A DNA stretch of 64,000 nucleotides from Escherichia coli (GTDB taxonomy: Bacteria > Pseudomonadota > Gammaproteobacteria > Enterobacterales > Enterobacteriaceae): assembly GCF_044324785.1 (NCBI RefSeq), contig NZ_CP172127.1. One strand, 5' to 3'. Positions 43,053 through 56,343 of this stretch are shown one piece after another. The notes under the pieces are model-generated. The model was not told where the DNA came from and ran no database searches. It saw only the letters and a list, made by a program, of their open reading frames with translations. Numbering within the stretch: position 1 is the stretch's first letter; the number at the start of each line of letters is the position of its first letter. The translations under genes were made by a program, and so were the position numbers.

Positions 43053-45667
43053 GTATCCTGACCCGGTGGTTGCTTATCCCGCCGGTCAACGCGCGGCTTA
43101 TCGGGCGTTATCGCGATTATCGTCGTCACGGCGCGTCGGCTTTCAGCGCGACGCTAGGCTGTTTTTGGTTGATCCTGGCCTGGATTTTTATTCCGCTGGA
43201 GCACCCGCGCTGGCAGCGTATTCGCGCAGAACATAAAAACCTGTATCCGCATATCAACGCCTCGCGTCCGCGTCCGCTGGACCCGGTCCGTTATCTCATT
43301 CAAACATGCTGGTTACTGATCGGTACATCGCGCAAAGAAACGCCGAAACCGCGCAGGCGGACATTTTCAGGTCTGCAGAATATTCGTGGACGTTACCATC
43401 AATGGATGAACGAGCTGCCTGAGCGCGTTAGCCATAAAACACAGCATCTCGATGAGAAAAAAGAACTCGGCCATTTGAGCGCAGGGGCGCGGCGGTTGAT
43501 CCTCGGTATCATCGTCACCTTCTCGCTGATTCTGGCGTTAATCTGCGTTACCCAGCCGTTTAACCCGCTGGCGCAGTTTATCTTCCTGATGCTGCTGTGG
43601 GGTGTAGCGCTGATCGTACGGCGGATGCCGGGGCGCTTCTCGGCGCTAATGTTGATTGTGCTGTCGCTGACCGTTTCTTGCCGTTATATCTGGTGGCGCT
43701 ACACCTCTACGCTGAACTGGGACGATCCTGTCAGCCTGGTGTGCGGGCTTATTCTGCTGTTCGCCGAAACGTACGCGTGGATTGTGCTGGTGCTCGGTTA
43801 CTTCCAGGTAGTATGGCCGCTGAATCGTCAGCCGGTGCCATTGCCGAAAGATATGTCGCTGTGGCCGTCGGTGGATATCTTTGTCCCGACTTACAACGAA
43901 GATCTCAACGTGGTGAAAAATACCATTTACGCCTCGCTGGGTATCGACTGGCCGAAAGACAAACTGAACATCTGGATCCTCGATGACGGCGGCAGGGAAG
44001 AGTTTCGCCAGTTTGCGCAAAACGTGGGGGTGAAATATATCGCCCGCACCACTCATGAACATGCGAAAGCGGGCAACATCAACAATGCGCTGAAATATGC
44101 CAAAGGCGAGTTCGTGTCGATTTTCGACTGCGACCACGTACCAACGCGATCGTTCCTGCAAATGACCATGGGCTGGTTCCTGAAAGAGAAACAGCTGGCG
44201 ATGATGCAGACTCCACACCACTTCTTCTCACCGGACCCGTTTGAACGCAACCTGGGGCGTTTTCGTAAAACACCGAACGAAGGCACGCTGTTCTATGGTC
44301 TGGTGCAGGATGGCAACGATATGTGGGACGCCACTTTCTTCTGCGGTTCCTGTGCGGTGATTCGCCGTAAGCCGCTGGATGAAATTGGCGGCATTGCTGT
44401 CGAAACTGTGACTGAAGATGCGCATACTTCTCTGCGTTTGCACCGTCGTGGCTATACCTCCGCGTATATGCGTATTCCGCAGGCGGCGGGGCTGGCGACC
44501 GAAAGTCTGTCGGCGCATATCGGTCAGCGTATTCGCTGGGCGCGCGGGATGGTGCAAATCTTCCGTCTCGATAACCCGCTCACCGGTAAAGGGCTGAAGT
44601 TTGCTCAGCGGCTGTGCTACGTCAACGCCATGTTCCACTTCTTGTCGGGCATTCCACGGCTGATCTTCCTGACTGCGCCGCTGGCGTTCCTGCTGCTTCA
44701 TGCCTACATCATCTATGCGCCAGCGTTGATGATCGCCCTGTTCGTGCTGCCGCATATGATCCATGCCAGCCTGACCAACTCCAAGATCCAGGGCAAATAT
44801 CGCCACTCTTTCTGGAGTGAAATCTACGAAACGGTGCTGGCGTGGTATATCGCACCACCGACGCTGGTGGCGCTGATTAACCCTCACAAAGGCAAATTTA
44901 ACGTCACCGCCAAAGGTGGACTGGTGGAAGAAGAGTACGTCGACTGGGTGATCTCGCGGCCCTACATCTTCCTTGTTCTGCTCAACCTGGTGGGCGTTGC
45001 GGTAGGCATCTGGCGCTACTTCTATGGCCCGCCAACCGAGATGCTCACTGTGGTCGTCAGTATGGTGTGGGTATTCTACAACCTGATTGTTCTTGGCGGC
45101 GCAGTTGCGGTATCGGTAGAAAGCAAACAGGTGCGCCGATCGCACCGCGTGGAGATGACGATGCCCGCGGCAATTGCCCGCGAAGATGGTCACCTCTTCT
45201 CGTGTACCGTTCAGGATTTCTCCGACGGTGGTTTGGGGATCAAGATCAACGGTCAGGCGCAGATTCTGGAAGGGCAGAAAGTGAATCTGTTGCTTAAACG
45301 CGGTCAGCAGGAATACGTCTTCCCGACCCAGGTGGCGCGCGTGATGGGTAATGAAGTTGGGTTGAAATTAATGCCGCTCACCACCCAGCAACATATCGAT
45401 TTTGTGCAGTGTACGTTTGCCCGTGCGGATACATGGGCGCTCTGGCAGGACAGCTATCCGGAAGATAAGCCGCTGGAAAGTCTGCTGGATATTCTGAAGC
45501 TCGGCTTCCGTGGCTACCGCCATCTGGCGGAGTTTGCGCCTTCTTCGGTGAAGGGCATATTCCGTGTGCTGACTTCTCTGGTTTCCTGGGTTGTATCGTT
45601 TATTCCGCGCCGCCCGGAGCGGAGCGAAACGGCACAACCATCGGATCAGGCTTTGGCTCAACAATGA
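43049..45667 (+). CDS. bcsA: cellulose synthase catalytic subunit (UDP-forming) BcsA
   Basis: 872 aa from MSILTRWLLIPPVNARL...; GT2 motifs and C-terminal PilZ; 4-nt overlap with bcsQ. Confidence 0.95.
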   Translation: MSILTRWLLIPPVNARLIGRYRDYRRHGASAFSATLGCFWLILAWIFIPLEHPRWQRIRAEHKNLYPHINASRPRPLDPVRYLIQTCWLLIGTSRKETPKPRRRTFSGLQNIRGRYHQWMNELPERVSHKTQHLDEKKELGHLSAGARRLILGIIVTFSLILALICVTQPFNPLAQFIFLMLLWGVALIVRRMPGRFSALMLIVLSLTVSCRYIWWRYTSTLNWDDPVSLVCGLILLFAETYAWIVLVLGYFQVVWPLNRQPVPLPKDMSLWPSVDIFVPTYNEDLNVVKNTIYASLGIDWPKDKLNIWILDDGGREEFRQFAQNVGVKYIARTTHEHAKAGNINNALKYAKGEFVSIFDCDHVPTRSFLQMTMGWFLKEKQLAMMQTPHHFFSPDPFERNLGRFRKTPNEGTLFYGLVQDGNDMWDATFFCGSCAVIRRKPLDEIGGIAVETVTEDAHTSLRLHRRGYTSAYMRIPQAAGLATESLSAHIGQRIRWARGMVQIFRLDNPLTGKGLKFAQRLCYVNAMFHFLSGIPRLIFLTAPLAFLLLHAYIIYAPALMIALFVLPHMIHASLTNSKIQGKYRHSFWSEIYETVLAWYIAPPTLVALINPHKGKFNVTAKGGLVEEEYVDWVISRPYIFLVLLNLVGVAVGIWRYFYGPPTEMLTVVVSMVWVFYNLIVLGGAVAVSVESKQVRRSHRVEMTMPAAIAREDGHLFSCTVQDFSDGGLGIKINGQAQILEGQKVNLLLKRGQQEYVFPTQVARVMGNEVGLKLMPLTTQQHIDFVQCTFARADTWALWQDSYPEDKPLESLLDILKLGFRGYRHLAEFAPSSVKGIFRVLTSLVSWVVSFIPRRPERSETAQPSDQALAQQ

Positions 45668-45677
45668 TGATAACGCG

Positions 45678-48017
45678 ATGAAAAGAAAACTATTCTGGAT
45701 TTGTGCAGTGGCTATGGGGATGAGTGCGTTCCCCTCTTTCATGACGCAGGCGACGCCAGCAACGCAACCACTGATCAATGCTGAGCCAGCTGTAGCCGCC
45801 CAGACGGAACAAAATCCGCAGGTGGGGCAAGTGATGCCGGGCGTGCAGGGCGCTGATGCGCCAGTCGTGGCGCAGAACGGTCCTTCGCGTGATGTGAAGC
45901 TGACCTTTGCGCAAATTGCGCCGCCGCCGGGCAGCATGGTGCTACGTGGCATTAACCCGAACGGCAGCATTGAGTTTGGTATGCGCAGCGATGAAGTGGT
46001 GACGAAGGCGATGCTCAACCTCGAATACACGCCATCGCCATCGTTACTGCCTGTCCAGTCGCAGTTAAAGGTTTATCTCAATGATGAACTGATGGGCGTG
46101 CTGCCAGTGACCAAAGAACAGTTGGGTAAAAAAACACTGGCGCAAATGCCCATTAACCCACTGTTTATTACCGACTTCAACCGTGTGCGGCTGGAGTTTG
46201 TCGGCCATTATCAGGACGTGTGCGAAAACCCGGCCAGCACCACGCTTTGGCTGGATGTTGGGCGGAGCAGTGGACTGGATCTGACCTATCAGACCCTGAA
46301 TGTGAAGAATGACCTGTCACACTTCCCGGTGCCATTCTTTGACCCGCGTGATAACCGCACCAACACCTTGCCGATGGTCTTTGCGGGTGCGCCGGATGTT
46401 GGGCTGCAACAAGCATCTGCCATTGTCGCCTCGTGGTTTGGTTCGCGTTCTGGCTGGCGTGGGCAGAACTTCCCGGTGCTCTATAACCAACTGCCGGATC
46501 GCAATGCCATTGTCTTTGCAACCAACGACAAACGGCCGGACTTCCTGCGCGATCATCCGGCGGTAAAAGCCCCGGTGATTGAGATGATCAACCATCCGCA
46601 GAATCCTTACGTCAAACTGCTGGTGGTGTTTGGTCGTGACGACAAAGACCTGTTGCAGGCAGCGAAAGGTATCGCTCAGGGTAACATTCTGTTCCGTGGT
46701 GAAAGCGTGGTAGTGAATGAAGTGAAACCGCTGCTACCGCGTAAGCCGTACGATGCGCCGAACTGGGTGCGTACCGATCGTCCGGTCACCTTTGGTGAAC
46801 TGAAAACCTATGAAGAACAGTTACAATCCAGCGGTCTTGAGCCAGCAGCGATTAACGTTTCGCTAAACCTGCCGCCGGATCTCTACCTGATGCGCAGTAC
46901 CGGCATTGATATGGATATCAACTATCGCTACACCATGCCGCCGGTGAAAGACAGTTCGCGGATGGATATCAGCCTGAATAACCAGTTCCTGCAATCCTTC
47001 AACCTGAGCAGTAAACAGGAGGCGAACCGCCTGCTGCTGCGTATTCCGGTATTACAAGGTTTGCTGGATGGCAAAACGGATGTCTCTATTCCGGCGCTGA
47101 AACTGGGCGCGACCAACCAGTTGCGGTTCGACTTTGAGTATATGAACCCGATGCCGGGCGGTTCGGTGGATAACTGTATTACCTTCCAGCCGGTGCAGAA
47201 TCATGTGGTGATTGGTGACGACTCCACCATCGACTTCTCGAAGTATTACCACTTCATCCCGATGCCGGATCTACGCGCCTTTGCTAACGCGGGCTTCCCG
47301 TTCAGCCGGATGGCGGATCTGTCACAAACCATCACCGTGATGCCGAAAGCGCCTCACGAAGCACAGATGGAAACCTTGCTGAATACCGTTGGCTTTATCG
47401 GTGCGCAGACGGGCTTCCCGGCGATTAACCTGACGGTGACCGATGATGGCAGCACCATTCAGGGCAAAGATGCCGACATCATGATCGTCGGTGGTATCCC
47501 GGACAAACTGAAAGACGATAAGCAGATCGACCTGTTGGTGCAGGCGACCGAAAGCTGGGTGAAAACGCCGATGCGCCAGACCCTGTTCCCCGGCATTGTA
47601 CCGGATGAGAGCGATCGCGCGGCAGAAACTCAATCAACGCTGACCTCTTCCGGTGCGATGGCAGCGGTGATTGGCTTCCAGTCGCCGTATAACGACCAGC
47701 GTAGCGTGATTGCGCTGCTGGCAGATAGCCCGCGCGGTTATGAAATGCTTAACGATGCGGTGAACGATAGCGGCAAACGCGCCACCATGTTCGGTTCGGT
47801 CGCGGTGATCCGCGAGTCCGGTATCAATAGCCTGCGTGTTGGCGACGTCTATTACGTTGGCCATCTGCCGTGGTTCGAACGCTTATGGTATGCCCTGGCA
47901 AACCATCCGATTCTGCTGGCGGTGCTGGCGGCAATCAGCGTCGTGCTGCTGGCATGGGTACTGTGGCGTCTGCTGCGTATTATCAGCCGTCGTCGTCTTA
48001 ACCCGGATAACGAGTAA
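45678..48017 (+). CDS. bcsB: cellulose synthase regulatory subunit BcsB
   Basis: 779 aa from MKRKLFWICAVAMGMSAFPSFMTQA... Confidence 0.95.
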   Translation: MKRKLFWICAVAMGMSAFPSFMTQATPATQPLINAEPAVAAQTEQNPQVGQVMPGVQGADAPVVAQNGPSRDVKLTFAQIAPPPGSMVLRGINPNGSIEFGMRSDEVVTKAMLNLEYTPSPSLLPVQSQLKVYLNDELMGVLPVTKEQLGKKTLAQMPINPLFITDFNRVRLEFVGHYQDVCENPASTTLWLDVGRSSGLDLTYQTLNVKNDLSHFPVPFFDPRDNRTNTLPMVFAGAPDVGLQQASAIVASWFGSRSGWRGQNFPVLYNQLPDRNAIVFATNDKRPDFLRDHPAVKAPVIEMINHPQNPYVKLLVVFGRDDKDLLQAAKGIAQGNILFRGESVVVNEVKPLLPRKPYDAPNWVRTDRPVTFGELKTYEEQLQSSGLEPAAINVSLNLPPDLYLMRSTGIDMDINYRYTMPPVKDSSRMDISLNNQFLQSFNLSSKQEANRLLLRIPVLQGLLDGKTDVSIPALKLGATNQLRFDFEYMNPMPGGSVDNCITFQPVQNHVVIGDDSTIDFSKYYHFIPMPDLRAFANAGFPFSRMADLSQTITVMPKAPHEAQMETLLNTVGFIGAQTGFPAINLTVTDDGSTIQGKDADIMIVGGIPDKLKDDKQIDLLVQATESWVKTPMRQTLFPGIVPDESDRAAETQSTLTSSGAMAAVIGFQSPYNDQRSVIALLADSPRGYEMLNDAVNDSGKRATMFGSVAVIRESGINSLRVGDVYYVGHLPWFERLWYALANHPILLAVLAAISVVLLAWVLWRLLRIISRRRLNPDNE

Positions 48018-48023
48018 TTGAAG

Positions 48024-49130
48024 ATGAATGTGTTGCGTAGTGGACTCGTGACGATGCTGCTGCTGGCTGCCTTTAGTGTTCAGGCAGCCTGCAACTGGCC
48101 TGCCTGGGAGCAGTTCAAAAAGGATTACATCAGTCAGGAAGGGCGCGTCATTGACCCAAGTGACGCGCGTAAAATCACCACCTCTGAAGGGCAAAGTTAC
48201 GGCATGTTCTTTGCCCTGGCGGCTAACGACCGTGCAGCTTTCGATAATATTCTCGACTGGACGCAGAACAATCTCGCTCAGGGTTCTTTAAAAGAACGTT
48301 TGCCCGCCTGGCTGTGGGGCAAGAAAGAGAACAGTAAGTGGGAAGTGCTGGACAGCAATTCGGCCTCCGATGGTGATGTCTGGATGGCCTGGTCGTTGCT
48401 GGAGGCGGGGCGTTTGTGGAAAGAGCAGCGTTATACCGACATCGGCAGCGCGTTGTTAAAACGTATTGCGCGGGAGGAAGTGGTGACGGTGCCTGGGCTG
48501 GGTTCCATGTTGTTGCCGGGCAAAGTGGGATTTGCAGAGGATAACAGCTGGCGTTTTAACCCCAGCTACCTGCCGCCGACGCTGGCGCAGTATTTCACCC
48601 GCTTTGGCGCGCCGTGGACTACGCTGCGCGAAACCAATCAACGTTTATTGCTGGAAACCGCCCCGAAAGGCTTTTCGCCAGACTGGGTGCGCTATGAGAA
48701 AGACAAAGGCTGGCAGCTAAAAGCCGAAAAAACATTGATCAGCAGCTACGACGCGATCCGCGTTTACATGTGGGTAGGCATGATGCCTGACAGCGATCCG
48801 CAAAAAGCGCGGATGCTCAACCGGTTTAAACCGATGGCGACATTCACCGAGAAAAACGGCTATCCGCCAGAAAAAGTGGATGTGGCTACGGGGAAAGCGC
48901 AGGGTAAAGGACCGGTCGGTTTTTCTGCCGCCATGCTGCCCTTTTTACAAAACCGCGATGCGCAGGCCGTTCAGCGCCAGCGCGTGGCCGATAACTTTCC
49001 CGGCAGCGATGCCTATTACAACTATGTGCTGACCCTGTTTGGACAAGGCTGGGATCAACACCGTTTCCGCTTCTCGACAAAAGGTGAGTTATTACCTGAC
49101 TGGGGCCAGGAATGCGCAAATTCACACTAA
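48024..49130 (+). CDS. bcsZ: endo-1,4-beta-glucanase BcsZ (GH8)
   Basis: 368 aa from [22 protein letters not shown]... Confidence 0.95.
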   Translation: MNVLRSGLVTMLLLAAFSVQAACNWPAWEQFKKDYISQEGRVIDPSDARKITTSEGQSYGMFFALAANDRAAFDNILDWTQNNLAQGSLKERLPAWLWGKKENSKWEVLDSNSASDGDVWMAWSLLEAGRLWKEQRYTDIGSALLKRIAREEVVTVPGLGSMLLPGKVGFAEDNSWRFNPSYLPPTLAQYFTRFGAPWTTLRETNQRLLLETAPKGFSPDWVRYEKDKGWQLKAEKTLISSYDAIRVYMWVGMMPDSDPQKARMLNRFKPMATFTEKNGYPPEKVDVATGKAQGKGPVGFSAAMLPFLQNRDAQAVQRQRVADNFPGSDAYYNYVLTLFGQGWDQHRFRFSTKGELLPDWGQECANSH

Positions 49131-52100
49131 ACATATTCACGCTTTCCCTCGGGCTGGCCGTCATGCCGATGGTCGAGGCAGCACCAACCGCTCAGCAACA
49201 GTTGCTGGAGCAAGTTCGGTTAGGCGAAGCGACCCATCGTGAAGACCTGGTGCAACAGTCGTTGTATCGGCTGGAACTTATTGATCCGAATAACCCGGAC
49301 GTCGTTGCCGCCCGTTTCCGTTCTCTGTTACGTCAGGGCGATATTGATGGCGCGCAAAAACAGCTCGATCGGCTGTCGCAGTTAGCGCCGAGTTCAAATG
49401 CGTATAAATCGTCGCGGACTACGATGCTGCTTTCCACGCCGGATGGTCGTCAGGCACTGCAACAGGCAAGATTGCAGGCGACGACTGGTCATGCAGAAGA
49501 AGCTGTGGCGAGTTACAACAAACTGTTCAACGGTGCGCCGCCGGAAGGTGACATTGCTGTCGAGTACTGGAGTACGGTGGCGAAAATTCCGGCTCGCCGT
49601 GGCGAAGCGATTAATCAGCTAAAACGCATTAATGCGGATACGCCGGGCAATACGGGCCTGCAAAACAATCTGGCGCTATTGCTGTTTAGTAGCGATCGCC
49701 GTGACGAAGGTTTTGCCGTCCTGGAACAGATGGCGAAATCGAACGCCGGGCGCGAAGGGGCCTCTAAAATCTGGTACGGGCAGATTAAAGACATGCCCGT
49801 CAGCGATGCCAGTGTGTCGGCGCTGAAAAAATATCTCTCGATATTTAGCGATGGCGATAGCGTGGCGGCTGCACAATCGCAACTGGCAGAACAGCAAAAA
49901 CAGCTGGCCGACCCTGCTTTCCGCGCTCGTGCGCAAGGTTTAGCGGCGGTGGACTCTGGTATGGCGGGTAAAGCCATTCCCGAACTACAACAGGCGGTGC
50001 GGGCGAACCCGAAAGACAGTGAGGCTCTGGGGGCGCTGGGCCAGGCGTATTCTCAGAAAGGCGATCGCGCCAATGCGGTGGCGAATCTGGAAAAAGCCCT
50101 CGCCCTGGATCCGCACAGCAGCAACAACGACAAATGGAACAGTCTCCTGAAAGTAAACCGCTACTGGCTGGCGATCCAGCAGGGCGATGCTGCGCTGAAA
50201 GCCAATAATCCTGACCGGGCAGAACGCCTGTTCCAGCAGGCGCGTAATGTCGATAACACCGACAGCTATGCAGTGCTGGGGCTGGGCGATGTGGCGATGG
50301 CGCGCAAAGATTATCCCGCCGCTGAACGCTATTACCAGCAGACGCTGCGTATGGACAGTAGCAACACTAACGCCGTGCGCGGGCTGGCGAAGATTTACCG
50401 CCAGCAGTCGCCAGAAAAAGCCGAAGCGTTTATCGCCTCGCTCTCTACCAGTCAGCGGCGCAGCATTGATGATATCGCACGCAGCCTGCAAAACGACCGT
50501 CTGGCACAGCAGGCAGAGGCACTGGAAAAGCAGGGCAAATGGGTGCAGGCGGCAGCACTTCAGCGGCAACGACTGGCGCTGGACCCCGGCAGTGTATGGA
50601 TTACTTACCGACTTTCACAGGATCTCTGGCAGGCCGGACAACGCAGCCAGGCTGATACATTAATGCGCAATCTGGCACAGCAGAAGCCGAACGACCCGGA
50701 GCAGGTTTACGCTTACGGGCTGTATCTCTCTGGCCATGACCAGGACAGAGCGGCGCTGGCGCATATCAACAGCCTGCCGCGCGCGCAGTGGAACAGCAAT
50801 ATTCAGGAACTGGTTAATCGCCTGCAAAGCGATCAGGTGCTGGAAACCGCTAATCGCCTGCGAGAAAGCGGCAAAGAGGCAGAAGCGGAAGCGATGCTGC
50901 GCCAGCAACCGCCTTCCTCGCGTATTGACCTCACGCTGGCTGACTGGGCGCAGCAGCGACGTGATTACACCGCCGCCCGCGCTGCTTATCAGAACGTTTT
51001 GACGCGGGAGCCAACTAACGCCGATGCCATTCTTGGTCTGACGGAAGTGGATATTGCTGCCGGTGACAAAGCGGCGGCACGTAGCCAGCTGGCGAAGCTG
51101 CCTGCCACCAATAACGCCTCGCTGAACACTCAGCGGCGCGTGGCGCTGGCACAGGCGCAGCTTGGCGATACCGCAGCGGCGCAGCAGACATTTAATCAGT
51201 TGATCCCGCAGGCAAAATCTCAGCCACCGTCGATGGAAAGCGCGATGGTGCTGCGCGACGGTGCGAAGTTTGAAGCACAGGCGGGCGATCCAAAGCAGGC
51301 GCTGGAAACCTACAAAGACGCCATGGTCGCATCCGGTGTGACCACGACGCGTCCGCAGGATAACGACACCTTTACCCGGCTGACCCGTAACGACGAGAAA
51401 GATGACTGGCTGAAACGCGGCGTGCGCAGCGATGCAGCGGACCTCTATCGCCAGCAGGATCTTAACGTCACCCTCGAGCACGATTACTGGGGTTCGAGCG
51501 GCACCGGTGGTTACTCCGATCTGAAAGCGCACACCACTATGTTGCAGGTGGACGCGCCGTATTCTGACGGGCGGATGTTCTTTCGCAGTGATTTCGTCAA
51601 TATGAACGTCGGCAGTTTCTCCACTAATGCCGATGGTAAATGGGATGACAACTGGGGCACCTGTACATTACAGGATTGTAGCGGCAACCGCAGCCAGTCG
51701 GATTCCGGTGCCAGCGTGGCGGTCGGTTGGCGAAATGACGTCTGGAGCTGGGATATCGGCACCACGCCGATGGGCTTCAACGTGGTGGATGTGGTCGGCG
51801 GCATCAGTTACAGCGATGATATCGGGCCGCTGGGTTACACCGTTAACGCCCACCGTCGGCCCATCTCCAGTTCTTTGCTGGCCTTTGGCGGGCAAAAAGA
51901 CTCCCCGAGCAATACCGGGAAAAAATGGGGCGGCGTGCGTGCCGACGGCGTGGGGCTAAGCCTGAGCTACGATAAAGGTGAAGCAAACGGCGTCTGGGCA
52001 TCGCTTAGCGGTGATCAGTTAACCGGTAAAAATGTCGAAGATAACTGGCGCGTGCGCTGGATGACGGGCTATTACTATAAGGTCATCAACCAGAACAATC

Positions 52101-52585
52101 GCCGCGTCACCATCGGCCTGAACAACATGATCTGGCATTACGACAAAGACCTGAGTGGTTACTCACTCGGTCAGGGCGGTTACTACAGCCCGCAGGAATA
52201 CCTGTCGTTTGCCATACCGGTGATGTGGCGGGAGCGCACGGAAAACTGGTCGTGGGAGCTGGGGGCGTCTGGCTCGTGGTCGCATTCACGCACCAAAACC
52301 ATGCCGCGTTATCCGCTGATGAATCTGATCCCGACCGACTGGCAGGAAGAAGCTGCGCGGCAATCGAACGATGGCGGCAGCAGTCAGGGCTTTGGCTACA
52401 CGGCGCGGGCATTACTTGAGCGACGTGTTACTTCCAACTGGTTTGTCGGCACGGCAATTGATATCCAGCAGGCGAAAGATTACGCACCCAGCCATTTCCT
52501 GCTCTACGTACGTTATTCCGCCGCCGGATGGCAGGGTGACATGGATTTACCGCCGCAGCCGCTGATACCTTACGCCGACTGGTAA
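49112..52585 (+). CDS. bcsC: cellulose synthase outer-membrane subunit BcsC (TPR repeats plus beta-barrel)
   Basis: 1157-aa ORF; 19-nt overlap with bcsZ. Confidence 0.95.
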   Translation: MRKFTLNIFTLSLGLAVMPMVEAAPTAQQQLLEQVRLGEATHREDLVQQSLYRLELIDPNNPDVVAARFRSLLRQGDIDGAQKQLDRLSQLAPSSNAYKSSRTTMLLSTPDGRQALQQARLQATTGHAEEAVASYNKLFNGAPPEGDIAVEYWSTVAKIPARRGEAINQLKRINADTPGNTGLQNNLALLLFSSDRRDEGFAVLEQMAKSNAGREGASKIWYGQIKDMPVSDASVSALKKYLSIFSDGDSVAAAQSQLAEQQKQLADPAFRARAQGLAAVDSGMAGKAIPELQQAVRANPKDSEALGALGQAYSQKGDRANAVANLEKALALDPHSSNNDKWNSLLKVNRYWLAIQQGDAALKANNPDRAERLFQQARNVDNTDSYAVLGLGDVAMARKDYPAAERYYQQTLRMDSSNTNAVRGLAKIYRQQSPEKAEAFIASLSTSQRRSIDDIARSLQNDRLAQQAEALEKQGKWVQAAALQRQRLALDPGSVWITYRLSQDLWQAGQRSQADTLMRNLAQQKPNDPEQVYAYGLYLSGHDQDRAALAHINSLPRAQWNSNIQELVNRLQSDQVLETANRLRESGKEAEAEAMLRQQPPSSRIDLTLADWAQQRRDYTAARAAYQNVLTREPTNADAILGLTEVDIAAGDKAAARSQLAKLPATNNASLNTQRRVALAQAQLGDTAAAQQTFNQLIPQAKSQPPSMESAMVLRDGAKFEAQAGDPKQALETYKDAMVASGVTTTRPQDNDTFTRLTRNDEKDDWLKRGVRSDAADLYRQQDLNVTLEHDYWGSSGTGGYSDLKAHTTMLQVDAPYSDGRMFFRSDFVNMNVGSFSTNADGKWDDNWGTCTLQDCSGNRSQSDSGASVAVGWRNDVWSWDIGTTPMGFNVVDVVGGISYSDDIGPLGYTVNAHRRPISSSLLAFGGQKDSPSNTGKKWGGVRADGVGLSLSYDKGEANGVWASLSGDQLTGKNVEDNWRVRWMTGYYYKVINQNNRRVTIGLNNMIWHYDKDLSGYSLGQGGYYSPQEYLSFAIPVMWRERTENWSWELGASGSWSHSRTKTMPRYPLMNLIPTDWQEEAARQSNDGGSSQGFGYTARALLERRVTSNWFVGTAIDIQQAKDYAPSHFLLYVRYSAAGWQGDMDLPPQPLIPYADW

Positions 52586-52666
52586 GTTTTCAGATAGCGC
52601 CTCTCTTAATGCCGCTGCGATCGGGTATACTCGGGCGGCAATCTGGGATTTCCGGGGGGAGACAAT

Positions 52667-54655
52667 TTGCGCGTAAGTCGCTCGTTAACAATCAAGCAGA
52701 TGGCAATGGTGGCAGCCGTTGTCCTGGTGTTCGTTTTTATTTTTTGCACCGTTTTGCTGTTCCATCTGGTCCAGCAGAATCGCTATAACACGGCTACGCA
52801 ACTGGAAAGCATTGCTCGCTCTGTCCGCGAACCCTTATCTTCAGCTATTTTGAAAGGCGATATTCCCGAAGCGGAAGCTATTCTTGCCAGCATTAAACCG
52901 GCAGGCGTGGTCAGCCGTGCCGATGTGGTGCTGCCCAACCAGTTCCAGGCGCTGCGTAAAAGTTTTATTCCAGAGCGTCCGGTGCCGGTAATGGTTACTC
53001 GCCTGTTTGAGCTACCGGTGCAAATCTCGCTGGGCGTTTACTCGCTCGAACGTCCGGCAAATCCGCAGCCAATTGCCTATCTGGTGCTACAGGCGGATTC
53101 CTTCCGTATGTATAAGTTCGTGATGAGCACCCTCTCAACGTTAGTGACCATTTACTTACTTTTGTCGCTAATATTGACTGTGGCGATTAGCTGGTGCATT
53201 AACCGACTGATTTTGCATCCGTTACGCAATATTGCTCGTGAACTTAACGCCATCCCAGCCCAGGAGCTTGTTGGTCACCAACTGGCATTACCACGTCTGC
53301 ATCAGGACGATGAAATCGGTATGTTGGTGCGTAGTTACAACCTCAACCAGCAATTGCTGCAGCGCCATTATGAAGAACAGAACGAAAACGCGATGCGCTT
53401 CCCGGTGTCGGATTTGCCGAACAAAGCCTTGCTGATGGAGATGCTGGAGCAGGTGGTGGCGCGTAAACAAACTACCGCGCTGATGATCATCACCTGTGAA
53501 ACCCTGCGTGATACTGCGGGTGTGCTGAAAGAGGCGCAAAGAGAAATTCTGCTGCTGACGCTGGTGGAAAAACTCAAATCGGTACTGTCGCCACGTATGA
53601 TCCTCGCGCAGATTAGTGGTTATGACTTTGCTGTCATTGCCAATGGTGTACAGGAACCGTGGCACGCAATCACTTTAGGTCAGCAAGTGCTCACTATCAT
53701 GAGCGAGCGCCTGCCGATTGAACGTATTCAACTCCGTCCGCACTGTAGCATTGGCGTGGCGATGTTCTACGGCGATCTCACCGCCGAACAGCTTTACAGT
53801 CGCGCTATTTCTGCGGCATTTACCGCTCGCCATAAAGGCAAGAATCAGATTCAGTTCTTTGATCCGCAGCAGATGGAAGCCGCCCAACAGCGGTTGACGG
53901 AAGAGAGCGATATCCTTAATGCACTGGAAAATCATCAGTTTGCGATTTGGTTACAGCCACAGGTCGAGATGACCAGCGGTAAACTGGTCAGTGCGGAAGT
54001 GTTACTGCGTATCCAGCAACCGGATGGCAGTTGGGATCTGCCGGATGGCTTAATCGATCGCATTGAGTGCTGTGGGCTGATGGTTACCGTCGGTCACTGG
54101 GTGCTGGAAGAGTCCTGTCGACTGCTGGCTGCCTGGCAAGAGCGCGGCATTATGCTGCCCTTGTCGGTAAACCTCTCAGCGCTGCAACTGATGCACCCGA
54201 ATATGGTAGCGGATATGCTGGAACTGTTAACCCGCTATCGCATTCAGCCGGGAACACTGATTCTGGAAGTGACAGAAAGCCGACGTATTGACGACCCTCA
54301 TGCTGCGGTGGCAATCCTCCGTCCGTTGCGTAATGCCGGAGTTCGGGTGGCGCTGGATGATTTCGGCATGGGCTATGCGGGGCTGCGTCAGCTGCAGCAT
54401 ATGAAATCGTTGCCAATCGACGTACTGAAAATCGACAAAATGTTTGTTGAAGGCTTGCCGGAAGATAGCAGCATGATTGCTGCAATTATCATGTTGGCGC
54501 AAAGCCTGAACTTACAAATGATTGCCGAAGGCGTGGAGACTGAAGCACAACGCGACTGGCTGGCAAAAGCGGGCGTTGGTATTGCCCAGGGCTTCCTTTT
54601 TGCTCGCCCACTCCCTATTGAAATCTTCGAAGAGAGTTACCTGGAAGAAAAGTAG
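52667..54655 (+). CDS. pdeK: c-di-GMP phosphodiesterase PdeK (degenerate GGDEF plus EAL)
   Basis: 662-aa ORF from TTG ([21 protein letters not shown]...) preceded by a GGGGGGAG Shine-Dalgarno; start not certain. Confidence 0.88.
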   Translation: MRVSRSLTIKQMAMVAAVVLVFVFIFCTVLLFHLVQQNRYNTATQLESIARSVREPLSSAILKGDIPEAEAILASIKPAGVVSRADVVLPNQFQALRKSFIPERPVPVMVTRLFELPVQISLGVYSLERPANPQPIAYLVLQADSFRMYKFVMSTLSTLVTIYLLLSLILTVAISWCINRLILHPLRNIARELNAIPAQELVGHQLALPRLHQDDEIGMLVRSYNLNQQLLQRHYEEQNENAMRFPVSDLPNKALLMEMLEQVVARKQTTALMIITCETLRDTAGVLKEAQREILLLTLVEKLKSVLSPRMILAQISGYDFAVIANGVQEPWHAITLGQQVLTIMSERLPIERIQLRPHCSIGVAMFYGDLTAEQLYSRAISAAFTARHKGKNQIQFFDPQQMEAAQQRLTEESDILNALENHQFAIWLQPQVEMTSGKLVSAEVLLRIQQPDGSWDLPDGLIDRIECCGLMVTVGHWVLEESCRLLAAWQERGIMLPLSVNLSALQLMHPNMVADMLELLTRYRIQPGTLILEVTESRRIDDPHAAVAILRPLRNAGVRVALDDFGMGYAGLRQLQHMKSLPIDVLKIDKMFVEGLPEDSSMIAAIIMLAQSLNLQMIAEGVETEAQRDWLAKAGVGIAQGFLFARPLPIEIFEESYLEEK

Positions 54656-54801
54656 CTACCCCAAACTGATTACAAAACTTTAAAAAGTGCTGGTTTGTGC
54701 GAGCCAGCTCAAACTTTTTAACCTTTTTGTTTCAATTATGATCCAGGTACATTTCTGTGATGTTGTCTGGGTGTTATTTTAAGGCCGCAGGTACCCCATA
54801 A

Positions 54802-56124
<1,323 letters not shown>

Positions 56125-56138
56125 TCTCACCACTTATG

Positions 56139-56171
56139 CCCGCACTCCCTTCCCCGAGTGCGGGTGTTTGC
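56139..56171 (+). terminator. dctA terminator hairpin
   Basis: cccgcactc / gagtgcggg inverted repeat followed by TGTTTG. Confidence 0.6.
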
Positions 56172-56343
56172 GCATAATTGACCCCTGTGCCTGAACTTAC
56201 CACCTGGGTGAGTTCAGGTTTATTTCACTTCTTCCGTGACATTTTCATGTTCTTGCGGTCTAACACGAAGTGTTTTTAACGTCATTTAGACTGACCGACA
56301 ACGGGCAGTTTTTTATTACCAGGATAGTTGATCAGGGGTTCAC

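Noticed and set aside
44228-45193. 321-aa minus-strand ORF
   Set aside because: Antisense within bcsA; shadow ORF.
50660-51532. 290-aa minus-strand ORF
   Set aside because: Antisense within bcsC; shadow ORF.
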